Of a stretch of DNA of 64,000 nucleotides, positions 37,555 to 51,500 are shown in pieces. Location: assembly GCF_009914755.1 (NCBI RefSeq), contig NC_060937.1. The stretch is one strand, 5' to 3'. Position 1 is the stretch's first letter; each line of letters opens with the position of its first letter. The stretch comes from the human T2T-CHM13v2.0 reference genome, Homo sapiens. The notes under the pieces are model-generated. The model saw nothing but the letters and a program-made list of their open reading frames with translations, ran no database searches and was not told where the DNA came from. Made by a program: the position numbers and the translations under genes.

Positions 37555-40500
37555 CAATCCAAATATCCACTTGCAGAATCCACAAAAAGAGTGTTTCAAA
37601 ACTGCTCTATCAATAGAAAGGTTCAACTCTTTTAGTTGAGTACACACATCACAAACAAGTTTCTGAGAATGCTTCTGTCTGGCTTTTATTGGAAGACGTT
37701 TCCTTTTCACCAAAGGCATCAAAGCGCTCCAAATGTCCACTTCCAGATTCTTCCAAAAGAGTGTTTGAAACGTGCTCAAAGTAAGGGAATGTTCAACTCT
37801 GTGACTTGAATGCAGATATCACCAAGTAGTTTCTAATAGTGCTTCTGTCTAGATTTTAGATGATGATATTCCCGTTTCCAACGAAATCGTTAGAGCTATC
37901 CAAATATCCACTTACAGTTGCTACAAAAACAGTGTTTCCAAACTGCTGCATCAAAAGAAAGGTTCAACTCTGTTAGTTGAGGACACACGTCACAAAGAAG
38001 TTTGTGAGAATGCTTCTGTCTAGATTTTGTATGACGATATTCCCTTTTCCAACGATATCGTTAAAGCAATCTAAATATCCATTTGCAGAATCCACAAAAA
38101 TAGAGTTTCAAAGCTGCTCTGTAAAAAGAAAGGTTCCACTCTGTTAGCTGAGTACACACATCACAAACTTGTTTCTCAGAATCCTTCTGTCTCGTTTTTA
38201 TGGGAAGATATTTACTTTTTCACCGTAGGCATCAAAGCGCTCCAAATGTCCACATCCAGATACTCCAGAAAGAGTGTTTCAAACCTGCTCTATGAAAGGG
38301 AATCTTCAACTCTATGAGTTGAATGCAGACATCAGAAAGAAATTTCTGAGAATGCTGCTGTCTACCTTTTATTTGAATTCCCGCTTCCAACGAAATCCTC
38401 CAAGCTATCCAAATATCCACTTGCAGATTCCACAAAAAGAGTGTTTCAAAACTGCTCTCTATCAATGGCAAAGTTCAACTCTGTTAGTTGAGGACACATA
38501 TCACCAACAAGTTTCTGAGAATGCTTCTGTCTATTTTTTATGGGAAGATATTTCCTTTTTCACCGTAGGCGTCAAGGCGATCGAAATGTCCACTTCCACA
38601 AACTACAAAAAGAGTGTTTCAAACCTGCTCTATGAAAGGCCATGTTCATCTCTATGAGTCGAATGGAAATATCCGAAAGAAATTTCTGGGAATGCTGCTG
38701 TCTAGTTTTTATACGAATTCCCGCTTCCAACGAAATCCTCAAAGCAATCCAAATATCCACTTGCAGAATCCACAAAAAGAGTGTTTCAAAACTGCTCTAT
38801 CAATAGAAAGGTTCAACTCTTTTAGTTGAGTACACACATCACAAACAAGTTTCTGAGAATGCTTCTGTCTGGCTTTTATTGGAAGACGTTTCCTTTTCAC
38901 CAAAGGCATCAAAGCGCTCCAAATGTCCACTTCCAGATTCTTCCAAAAGAGTGTTTGAAACGTGCTCAAAGTAAGGGAATGTTCAACTCTGTGACTTGAA
39001 TGCAGATATCACCAAGTAGTTTCTAATAGTGCTTCTGTCTAGATTTTAGATGATGATATTCCCGTTTCCAACGAAATCGTTAGAGCTATCCAAATATCCA
39101 CTTACAGTTTCTACAAAAAGAGTGTTTCCAAACTGCTGCATCAAAAGAAAGGTTCAACTCTGTTAGTTGAGGACACACATCACAAAGAAGTTTGTGAGAA
39201 TGCTTCTGTCTAGATTTTGTATGACCATATTCCCTTTTCCAGCGATATCATTAAAGCAATCTAAATATCCATTTGCAGAATCCACAAAAATAGAGTTTCA
39301 AAGCTGCTCTGTAAAAAGAAAGGTTCCACTCTGTTAGCTGAGTACACACATCACAAACTTGTTTCTCAGAATCCTTCTGTCTCGTTTTTATGGGAAGATA
39401 TTTACTTTTTCACCGTAGGCATCAAAGCGCTCCAAATGTCCACATCCAGATACTCCAGAAAGAGTGTTTCAAACCTGCTCTATGAAAGGGAATCTTCAAC
39501 TCTATGAGTTGAATGCAGACATCAGAAAGAAATTTCTGAGAATGCTGCTGTCTACCTTTTATTTGAATTCCCGCTTCCAACGAAATCCTCCAAGCTATCC
39601 AAATATCCACCTGCATTTTCCACAAAAAGAGCGTTTCAAAACTGCTCTATCAATAGAAATGTTCAACTCCTTTGGCTGGGTACACACATCACAAACAAGT
39701 TTCTGAGAATGCTTCTGTCTAGTTTTTATGGGAAGACATTCCCTTTTTCACCAAAGGCATCAAAGCGCTCCAAATGTCCACTTCCAGACACTACAAAAAG
39801 AGTGTTTCCAACGTGCTCTAAGAAAGCGAATGTTCAACTCTGTGACTTGAATGCAGATATCACAAAGTAGTTTCTGAGAGGGCTTCTGTCTAGATTTTAG
39901 ATGATGATATTCCCGTTTCCAACGAAATCATTAGAGCTATCCAAATATCCACTTACAGTTTCTACAAAAAGAGTGTTTCCAAACTGCTGCATCAAAAGAG
40001 AGGTTCCACTCTGTTAGCTGAGTACACACATCACAAACTTGTTTCTCAGAATCCTTCTGTCTCGTTTTTCTGGGAAGATATTTACTTTTTCACCGTAGGC
40101 ATCAAAGCGCTCCAAATGTCCACATCCAGATACTCCAGAAAGAGTGTTTCAAACCTGCTCTATGAAAGGGAATCTTCAACTCTATGAGTTGAATGCAGAC
40201 ATCAGAAAGAAATTTCTGAGAATGCTGCTGTCTACCTTTTATTTGAATTCCCGCTTCCAACGAAATCCTCCAAGCTATCCAAATATCCACTTGCAGATTC
40301 CACAAAAAGAGTGTTTCAAAACTGCTCTCTATCAATGGCAAAGTTCAACTCTGTTAGTTGAGGACACATATCACCAACAAGTTTCTGAGAATGCTTCTGT
40401 CTATTTTTTATGGGAAGATATTTCCTTTTTCACCGTAGGCGTCAAGGCGATCGAAATGTCCACTTCCACAAACTACAAAAAGAGTGTTTCAAACCTGCTC

Positions 40501-43500
40501 TATGAAAGGCCATGTTCATCTCTATGAGTCGAATGGAAATATCCGAAAGAAATTTCTGGGAATGCTGCTGTCTAGTTTTTATACGAATTCCCGCTTCCAA
40601 CGAAATCCTCAAAGCAATCCAAATATCCACTTGCAGAATCCACAAAAAGAGTGTTTCAAAACTGCTCTATCAATAGAAAGGTTCAACTCTTTTAGTTGAG
40701 TGCACACATCACAAACAAGTTTCTGAGAATGCTTCTGTCTGGCTTTTATTGGAAGACGTTTCCTTTTCACCAAAGGCATCAAAGCGCTCCAAATGTCCAC
40801 TTCCAGATTCTTCCAAAAGAGTGTTTGAAACGTGCTCAAAGTAAGGGAATGTTCAACTCTGTGACTTGAATGCAGATATCACCAAGTAGTTTCTAATAGT
40901 GCTTCTGTCTAGATTTTAGATGATGATATTCCCGTTTCCAACGAAATCGTTAGAGCTATCCAAATATCCACTTACAGTTGCTACAAAAACAGTGTTTCCA
41001 AACTGCTGCATCAAAAGAAAGGTTCAACTCTGTTAGTTGAGGACACACGTCACAAAGAAGTTTGTGAGAATGCTTCTGTCTAGATTTTGTATGACGATAT
41101 TCCCTTTTCCAACGATATCGTTAAAGCAATCTAAATATCCATTTGCAGAATCCACAAAAATAGAGTTTCAAAGCTGCTCTGTGAAAAGAAAGGTTCCACT
41201 CTGTTAGCTGAGTACACACATCACAAACTTGTTTCTCAGAATCCTTCTGTCTCGTTTTTATGGGAAGATATTTACTTTTTCACCGTAGGCATCAAAGCGC
41301 TCCAAATGTCCACATCCAGATACTCCAGAAAGAGTGTTTCAAACCTGCTCTATGAAAGGGAATCTTCAACTCTATGAGTTGAATGCAGACATCAGAAAGA
41401 AATTTCTGAGAATGCTGCTGTCTACCTTTTATTTGAATTCCCGCTTCCAACGAAATCCTCCAAGCTATCCAAATATCCACCTGCATTTTCCACAAAAAGA
41501 GCGTTTCAAAACTGCTCTATCAATAGAAATGTTCAACTCCTTTGGCTGGGTACACACATCACAAACAAGTTTCTGAGAATGCTTCTGTCTAGTTTTTATG
41601 GGAAGACATTCCCTTTTTCACCAAAGGCATCAAAGCGCTCCAAATGTCCACTTCCAGACACTACAAAAAGAGTGTTTCCAACGTGCTCTAAGAAAGCGAA
41701 TGTTCAACTCTGTGACTTGAATGCAGATATCACAAAGTAGTTTCTGAGAGGGCTTCTGTCTAGATTTTAGATGATGATATTCCCGTTTCCAACGAAATCA
41801 TTAGAGCTATCCAAATATCCACTTACAGTTTCTACAAAAAGAGTGTTTCCAAACTGCTGCATCAAAAGAGAGGTTCCACTCTGTTAGCTGAGTACACACA
41901 TCACAAACTTGTTTCTCAGAATCCTTCTGTCTCGTTTTTCTGGGAAGATATTTACTTTTTCACCGTAGGCATCAAAGCGCTCCAAATGTCCACATCCAGA
42001 TACTCCAGAAAGAGTGTTTCAAACCTGCTCTATGAAAGGGAATCTTCAACTCTATGAGTTGAATGCAGACATCAGAAAGAAATTTCTGAGAATGCTGCTG
42101 TCTACCTTTTATTTGAATTCCCGCTTCCAACGAAATCCTCCAAGCTATCCAAATATCCACTTGCAGATTCCACAAAAAGAGTGTTTCAAAACTGCTCTCT
42201 ATCAATGGCAAAGTTCAACTCTGTTAGTTGAGGACACATATCACCAACAAGTTTCTGAGAATGCTTCTGTCTATTTTTTATGGGAAGATATTTCCTTTTT
42301 CACCGTAGGCGTCAAGGCGATCGAAATGTCCACTTCCACAAACTACAAAAAGAGTGTTTCAAACCTGCTCTATGAAAGGCCATGTTCATCTCTATGAGTC
42401 GAATGGAAATATCCGAAAGAAATTTCTGGGAATGCTGCTGTCTAGTTTTTATACGAATTCCCGCTTCCAACGAAATCCTCAAAGCAATCCAAATATCCAC
42501 TTGCAGAATCCACAAAAAGAGTGTTTCAAAACTGCTCTATCAATAGAAAGGTTCAACTCTTTTAGTTGAGTACACACATCACAAACAAGTTTCTGAGAAT
42601 GCTTCTGTCTGGCTTTTATTGGAAGACGTTTCCTTTTCACCAAAGGCATCAAAGCGCTCCAAATGTCCACTTCCAGATTCTTCCAAAAGAGTGTTTGAAA
42701 CGTGCTCAAAGTAAGGGAATGTTCAACTCTGTGACTTAAATGCAGATATCACCAAGTAGTTTCTAATAGTGCTTCTGTCTAGATTTTAGATGATGATATT
42801 CCCGTTTCCAACGAAATCGTTAGAGCTATCCAAATATCCACTTACAGTTGCTACAAAAACAGTGTTTCCAAACTGCTGCATCAAAAGAAAGGTTCAACTC
42901 TGTTAGTTGAGGACACACGTCACAAAGAAGTTTGTGAGAATGCTTCTGTCTAGATTTTGTATGACGATATTCCCTTTTCCAACGATATCGTTAAAGCAAT
43001 CTAAATATCCATTTGCAGAATCCACAAAAATAGAGTTTCAAAGCTGCTCTGTAAAAAGAAAGGTTCCACTCTGTTAGCTGAGTACACACATCACAAACTT
43101 GTTTCTCAGAATCCTTCTGTCTCGTTTTTCTGGGAAGATATTTACTTTTTCACCGTAGGCATCAAAGCGCTCCAAATGTCCACATCCAGATACTCCAGAA
43201 AGAGTGTTTCAAACCTGCTCTATGAAAGGGAATCTTCAACTCTATGAGTTGAATGCAGACATCAGAAAGAAATTTCTGAGAATGCTGCTGTCTACCTTTT
43301 ATTTGAATTCCCGCTTCCAACGAAATCCTCCAAGCTATCCAAATATCCACTTGCAGATTCCACAAAAAGAGTGTTTCAAAACTGCTCTCTATCAATGGCA
43401 AAGTTCAACTCTGTTAGTTGAGGACACATATCACCAACAAGTTTCTGAGAATGCTTCTGTCTATTTTTTATGGGAAGATATTTCCTTTTTCACCGTAGGC

Positions 43501-45544
43501 GTCAAGGCGATCGAAATGTCCACTTCCACAAACTACAAAAAGAGTGTTTCAAACCTGCTCTATGAAAGGCCATGTTCATCTCTATGAGTCGAATGGAAAT
43601 ATCCGAAAGAAATTTCTGGGAATGCTGCTGTCTAGTTTTTATACGAATTCCCGCTTCCAACGAAATCCTCAAAGCAATCCAAATATCCACTTGCAGAATC
43701 CACAAAAAGAGTGTTTCAAAACTGCTCTATCAATAGAAAGGTTCAACTCTTTTAGTTGAGTACACACATCACAAACAAGTTTCTGAGAATGCTTCTGTCT
43801 GGCTTTTATTGGAAGACGTTTCCTTTTCACCAAAGGCATCAAAGCGCTCCAAATGTCCACTTCCAGATTCTTCCAAAAGAGTGTTTGAAACGTGCTCAAA
43901 GTAAGGGAATGTTCAACTCTGTGACTTGAATGCAGATATCACCAAGTAGTTTCTAATAGTGCTTCTGTCTAGATTTTAGATGATGATATTCCCGTTTCCA
44001 ACGAAATCGTTAGAGCTATCCAAATATCCACTTACAGTTTCTACAAAAAGAGTGTTTCCAAACTGCTGCATCAAAAGAAAGGTTCAACTCTGTTAGTTGA
44101 GGACACACATCACAAAGAAGTTTGTGAGAATGCTTCTGTCTAGATTTTGTATGACCATATTCCCTTTTCCAGCGATATCATTAAAGCAATCTAAATATCC
44201 ATTTGCAGAATCCACAAAAATAGAGTTTCAAAGCTGCTCTGTAAAAAGAAAGGTTCCACTCTGTTAGCTGAGTACACACATCACAAACTTGTTTCTCAGA
44301 ATCCTTCTGTCTCGTTTTTATGGGAAGATATTTACTTTTTCACCGTAGGCATCAAAGCGCTCCAAATGTCCACATCCAGATACTCCAGAAAGAGTGTTTC
44401 AAACCTGCTCTATGAAAGGGAATCTTCAACTCTATGAGTTGAATGCAGACATCAGAAAGAAATTTCTGAGAATGCTGCTGTCTACCTTTTATTTGAATTC
44501 CCGCTTCCAACGAAATCCTCCAAGCTATCCAAATATCCACCTGCATTTTCCACAAAAAGAGCGTTTCAAAACTGCTCTATCAATAGAAATGTTCAACTCC
44601 TTTGGCTGGGTACACACATCACAAACAAGTTTCTGAGAATGCTTCTGTCTAGTTTTTATGGGAAGACATTCCCTTTTTCACCAAAGGCATCAAAGCGCTC
44701 CAAATGTCCACTTCCAGACACTACAAAAAGAGTGTTTCCAACGTGCTCTAAGAAAGCGAATGTTCAACTCTGTGACTTGAATGCAGATATCACAAAGTAG
44801 TTTCTGAGAGGGCTTCTGTCTAGATTTTAGATGATGATATTCCCGTTTCCAACGAAATCATTAGAGCTATCCAAATATCCACTTACAGTTTCTACAAAAA
44901 GAGTGTTTCCAAACTGCTGCATCAAAAGAGAGGTTCCACTCTGTTAGCTGAGTACACACATCACAAACTTGTTTCTGAGAATCCTTCTGTGTCGTTTTTA
45001 TGGGAAGATATTTACTTTTTCACCGTAGGCATCAAAGCGCTCCAAATGTCCACATCCAGATACTCCAGAAAGAGTGTTTCAAACCTGCTCTATGAAAGGG
45101 AATCTTCAACTCTATGAGTTGAATGCAGACATCAGAAAGAAATTTCTGAGAATGCTGCTGTCTACCTTTTATTTGAATTCCCGCTTCCAACGAAATCCTC
45201 CAAGCTATCCAAATATCCACTTGCAGATTCCACAAAAAGAGTGTTTCAAAACTGCTCTCTATCAATGGCAAAGTTCAACTCTGTTAGTTGAGGACACATA
45301 TCACCAACAAGTTTCTGAGAATGCTTCTGTCTATTTTTTATGGGAAGATATTTCCTTTTTCACCGTAGGCGTCAAGGCGATCGAAATGTCCACTTCCACA
45401 AACTACAAAAAGAGTGTTTCAAACCTGCTCTATGAAAGGCCATGTTCATCTCTATGAGTCGAATGGAAATATCCGAAAGAAATTTCTGGGAATGCTGCTG
45501 TCTAGTTTTTATACGAATTCCCGCTTCCAACGAAATCCTCAAAG

Positions 45545-48500
45545 CAATCCAAATATCCACTTGCAGAATCCACAAAAAGAGTGTTTCAAAACTGCTCTAT
45601 CAATAGAAAGGTTCAACTCTTTTAGTTGAGTACACACATCACAAACAAGTTTCTGAGAATGCTTCTGTCTGGCTTTTATTGGAAGACGTTTCCTTTTCAC
45701 CAAAGGCATCAAAGCGCTCCAAATGTCCACTTCCAGATTCTTCCAAAAGAGTGTTTGAAACGTGCTCAAAGTAAGGGAATGTTCAACTCTGTGACTTGAA
45801 TGCAGATATCACCAAGTAGTTTCTAATAGTGCTTCTGTCTAGATTTTAGATGATGATATTCCCGTTTCCAACGAAATCGTTAGAGCTATCCAAATATCCA
45901 CTTACAGTTTCTACAAAAAGAGTGTTTCCAAACTGCTGCATCAAAAGAAAGGTTCAACTCTGTTAGTTGAGGACACACATCACAAAGAAGTTTGTGAGAA
46001 TGCTTCTGTCTAGATTTTGTATGACCATATTCCCTTTTCCAGCGATATCATTAAAGCAATCTAAATATCCATTTGCAGAATCCACAAAAATAGAGTTTCA
46101 AAGCTGCTCTGTAAAAAGAAAGGTTCCACTCTGTTAGCTGAGTACACACATCACAAACTTGTTTCTCAGAATCCTTCTGTCTCGTTTTTATGGGAAGATA
46201 TTTACTTTTTCACCGTAGGCATCAAAGCGCTCCAAATGTCCACATCCAGATACTCCAGAAAGAGTGTTTCAAACCTGCTCTATGAAAGGGAATCTTCAAC
46301 TCTATGAGTTGAATGCAGACATCAGAAAGAAATTTCTGAGAATGCTGCTGTCTACCTTTTATTTGAATTCCCGCTTCCAACGAAATCCTCCAAGCTATCC
46401 AAATATCCACCTGCATTTTCCACAAAAAGAGCGTTTCAAAACTGCTCTATCAATAGAAATGTTCAACTCCTTTGGCTGGGTACACACATCACAAACAAGT
46501 TTCTGAGAATGCTTCTGTCTAGTTTTTATGGGAAGACATTCCCTTTTTCACCAAAGGCATCAAAGCGCTCCAAATGTCCACTTCCAGACACTACAAAAAG
46601 AGTGTTTCCAACGTGCTCTAAGAAAGCGAATGTTCAACTCTGTGACTTGAATGCAGATATCACAAAGTAGTTTCTGAGAGGGCTTCTGTCTAGATTTTAG
46701 ATGATGATATTCCCGTTTCCAACGAAATCATTAGAGCTATCCAAATATCCACTTACAGTTTCTACAAAAAGAGTGTTTCCAAACTGCTGCATCAAAAGAG
46801 AGGTTCCACTCTGTTAGCTGAGTACACACATCACAAACTTGTTTCTCAGAATCCTTCTGTCTCGTTTTTCTGGGAAGATATTTACTTTTTCACCGTAGGC
46901 ATCAAAGCGCTCCAAATGTCCACATCCAGATACTCCAGAAAGAGTGTTTCAAACCTGCTCTATGAAAGGGAATCTTCAACTCTATGAGTTGAATGCAGAC
47001 ATCAGAAAGAAATTTCTGAGAATGCTGCTGTCTACCTTTTATTTGAATTCCCGCTTCCAACGAAATCCTCCAAGCTATCCAAATATCCACTTGCAGATTC
47101 CACAAAAAGAGTGTTTCAAAACTGCTCTCTATCAATGGCAAAGTTCAACTCTGTTAGTTGAGGACACATATCACCAACAAGTTTCTGAGAATGCTTCTGT
47201 CTATTTTTTATGGGAAGATATTTCCTTTTTCACCGTAGGCGTCAAGGCGATCGAAATGTCCACTTCCACAAACTACAAAAAGAGTGTTTCAAACCTGCTC
47301 TATGAAAGGCCATGTTCATCTCTATGAGTCGAATGGAAATATCCGAAAGAAATTTCTGGGAATGCTGCTGTCTAGTTTTTATACGAATTCCCGCTTCCAA
47401 CGAAATCCTCAAAGCAATCCAAATATCCACTTGCAGAATCCACAAAAAGAGTGTTTCAAAACTGCTCTATCAATAGAAAGGTTCAACTCTTTTAGTTGAG
47501 TACACACATCACAAACAAGTTTCTGAGAATGCTTCTGTCTGGCTTTTATTGGAAGACGTTTCCTTTTCACCAAAGGCATCAAAGCGCTCCAAATGTCCAC
47601 TTCCAGATTCTTCCAAAAGAGTGTTTGAAACGTGCTCAAAGTAAGGGAATGTTCAACTCTGTGACTTGAATGCAGATATCACCAAGTAGTTTCTAATAGT
47701 GCTTCTGTCTAGATTTTAGATGATGATATTCCCGTTTCCAACGAAATCGTTAGAGCTATCCAAATATCCACTTACAGTTGCTACAAAAACAGTGTTTCCA
47801 AACTGCTGCATCAAAAGAAAGGTTCAACTCTGTTAGTTGAGGACACACGTCACAAAGAAGTTTGTGAGAATGCTTCTGTCTAGATTTTGTATGACGATAT
47901 TCCCTTTTCCAACGATATCGTTAAAGCAATCTAAATATCCATTTGCAGAATCCACAAAAATAGAGTTTCAAAGCTGCTCTGTAAAAAGAAAGGTTCCACT
48001 CTGTTAGCTGAGTACACACATCACAAACTTGTTTCTGAGAATCCTTCTGTCTCGTTTTTATGGGAAGATATTTACTTTTTCACCGTAGGCATCAAAGCGC
48101 TCCAAATGTCCACATCCAGATACTCCAGAAAGAGTGTTTCAAACCTGCTCTATGAAAGGGAATCTTCAACTCTATGAGTTGAATGCAGACATCAGAAAGA
48201 AATTTCTGAGAATGCTGCTGTCTACCTTTTATTTGAATTCCCGCTTCCAACGAAATCCTCCAAGCTATCCAAATATCCACTTGCAGATTCCACAAAAAGA
48301 GTGTTTCAAAACTGCTCTCTATCAATGGCAAAGTTCAACTCTGTTAGTTGAGGACACATATCACCAACAAGTTTCTGAGAATGCTTCTGTCTATTTTTTA
48401 TGGGAAGATATTTCCTTTTTCACCGTAGGCGTCAAGGCGATCGAAATGTCCACTTCCACAAACTACAAAAAGAGTGTTTCAAACCTGCTCTATGAAAGGC

Positions 48501-51500
48501 CATGTTCATCTCTATGAGTCGAATGGAAATATCCGAAAGAAATTTCTGGGAATGCTGCTGTCTAGTTTTTATACGAATTCCCGCTTCCAACGAAATCCTC
48601 AAAGCAATCCAAATATCCACTTGCAGAATCCACAAAAAGAGTGTTTCAAAACTGCTCTATCAATAGAAAGGTTCAACTCTTTTAGTTGAGTACACACATC
48701 ACAAACAAGTTTCTGAGAATGCTTCTGTCTGGCTTTTATTGGAAGACGTTTCCTTTTCACCAAAGGCATCAAAGCGCTCCAAATGTCCACTTCCAGATTC
48801 TTCCAAAAGAGTGTTTGAAACGTGCTCAAAGTAAGGGAATGTTCAACTCTGTGACTTGAATGCAGATATCACCAAGTAGTTTCTAATAGTGCTTCTGTCT
48901 AGATTTTAGATGATGATATTCCCGTTTCCAACGAAATCGTTAGAGCTATCCAAATATCCACTTACAGTTTCTACAAAAAGAGTGTTTCCAAACTGCTGCA
49001 TCAAAAGAAAGGTTCAACTCTGTTAGTTGAGGACACACATCACAAAGAAGTTTGTGAGAATGCTTCTGTCTAGATTTTGTATGACCATATTCCCTTTTCC
49101 AGCGATATCATTAAAGCAATCTAAATATCCATTTGCAGAATCCACAAAAATAGAGTTTCAAAGCTGCTCTGTAAAAAGAAAGGTTCCACTCTGTTAGCTG
49201 AGTACACACATCACAAACTTGTTTCTCAGAATCCTTCTGTCTCGTTTTTATGGGAAGATATTTACTTTTTCACCGTAGGCATCAAAGCGCTCCAAATGTC
49301 CACATCCAGATACTCCAGAAAGAGTGTTTCAAACCTGCTCTATGAAAGGGAATCTTCAACTCTATGAGTTGAATGCAGACATCAGAAAGAAATTTCTGAG
49401 AATGCTGCTGTCTACCTTTTATTTGAATTCCCGCTTCCAACGAAATCCTCCAAGCTATCCAAATATCCACCTGCATTTTCCACAAAAAGAGCGTTTCAAA
49501 ACTGCTCTATCAATAGAAATGTTCAACTCCTTTGGCTGGGTACACACATCACAAACAAGTTTCTGAGAATGCTTCTGTCTAGTTTTTATGGGAAGACATT
49601 CCCTTTTTCACCAAAGGCATCAAAGCGCTCCAAATGTCCACTTCCAGACACTACAAAAAGAGTGTTTCCAACGTGCTCTAAGAAAGCGAATGTTCAACTC
49701 TGTGACTTGAATGCAGATATCACAAAGTAGTTTCTGAGAGGGCTTCTGTCTAGATTTTAGATGATGATATTCCCGTTTCCAACGAAATCATTAGAGCTAT
49801 CCAAATATCCACTTACAGTTTCTACAAAAAGAGTGTTTCCAAACTGCTGCATCAAAAGAGAGGTTCCACTCTGTTAGCTGAGTACACACATCACAAACTT
49901 GTTTCTCAGAATCCTTCTGTCTCGTTTTTCTGGGAAGATATTTACTTTTTCACCGTAGGCATCAAAGCGCTCCAAATGTCCACATCCAGATACTCCAGAA
50001 AGAGTGTTTCAAACCTGCTCTATGAAAGGGAATCTTCAACTCTATGAGTTGAATGCAGACATCAGAAAGAAATTTCTGAGAATGCTGCTGTCTACCTTTT
50101 ATTTGAATTCCCGCTTCCAACGAAATCCTCCAAGCTATCCAAATATCCACTTGCAGATTCCACAAAAAGAGTGTTTCAAAACTGCTCTCTATCAATGGCA
50201 AAGTTCAACTCTGTTAGTTGAGGACACATATCACCAACAAGTTTCTGAGAATGCTTCTGTCTATTTTTTATGGGAAGATATTTCCTTTTTCACCGTAGGC
50301 GTCAAGGCGATCGAAATGTCCACTTCCACAAACTACAAAAAGAGTGTTTCAAACCTGCTCTATGAAAGGCCATGTTCATCTCTATGAGTCGAATGGAAAT
50401 ATCCGAAAGAAATTTCTGGGAATGCTGCTGTCTAGTTTTTATACGAATTCCCGCTTCCAACGAAATCCTCAAAGCAATCCAAATATCCACTTGCAGAATC
50501 CACAAAAAGAGTGTTTCAAAACTGCTCTATCAATAGAAAGGTTCAACTCTTTTAGTTGAGTGCACACATCACAAACAAGTTTCTGAGAATGCTTCTGTCT
50601 GGCTTTTATTGGAAGACGTTTCCTTTTCACCAAAGGCATCAAAGCGCTCCAAATGTCCACTTCCAGATTCTTCCAAAAGAGTGTTTGAAACGTGCTCAAA
50701 GTAAGGGAATGTTCAACTCTGTGACTTGAATGCAGATATCACCAAGTAGTTTCTAATAGTGCTTCTGTCTAGATTTTAGATGATGATATTCCCGTTTCCA
50801 ACGAAATCGTTAGAGCTATCCAAATATCCACTTACAGTTGCTACAAAAACAGTGTTTCCAAACTGCTGCATCAAAAGAAAGGTTCAACTCTGTTAGTTGA
50901 GGACACACGTCACAAAGAAGTTTGTGAGAATGCTTCTGTCTAGATTTTGTATGACGATATTCCCTTTTCCAACGATATCGTTAAAGCAATCTAAATATCC
51001 ATTTGCAGAATCCACAAAAATAGAGTTTCAAAGCTGCTCTGTAAAAAGAAAGGTTCCACTCTGTTAGCTGAGTACACACATCACAAACTTGTTTCTGAGA
51101 ATCCTTCTGTCTCGTTTTTATGGGAAGATATTTACTTTTTCACCGTAGGCATCAAAGCGCTCCAAATGTCCACATCCAGATACTCCAGAAAGAGTGTTTC
51201 AAACCTGCTCTATGAAAGGGAATCTTCAACTCTATGAGTTGAATGCAGACATCAGAAAGAAATTTCTGAGAATGCTGCTGTCTACCTTTTATTTGAATTC
51301 CCGCTTCCAACGAAATCCTCCAAGCTATCCAAATATCCACTTGCAGATTCCACAAAAAGAGTGTTTCAAAACTGCTCTCTATCAATGGCAAAGTTCAACT
51401 CTGTTAGTTGAGGACACATATCACCAACAAGTTTCTGAGAATGCTTCTGTCTATTTTTTATGGGAAGATATTTCCTTTTTCACCGTAGGCGTCAAGGCGA

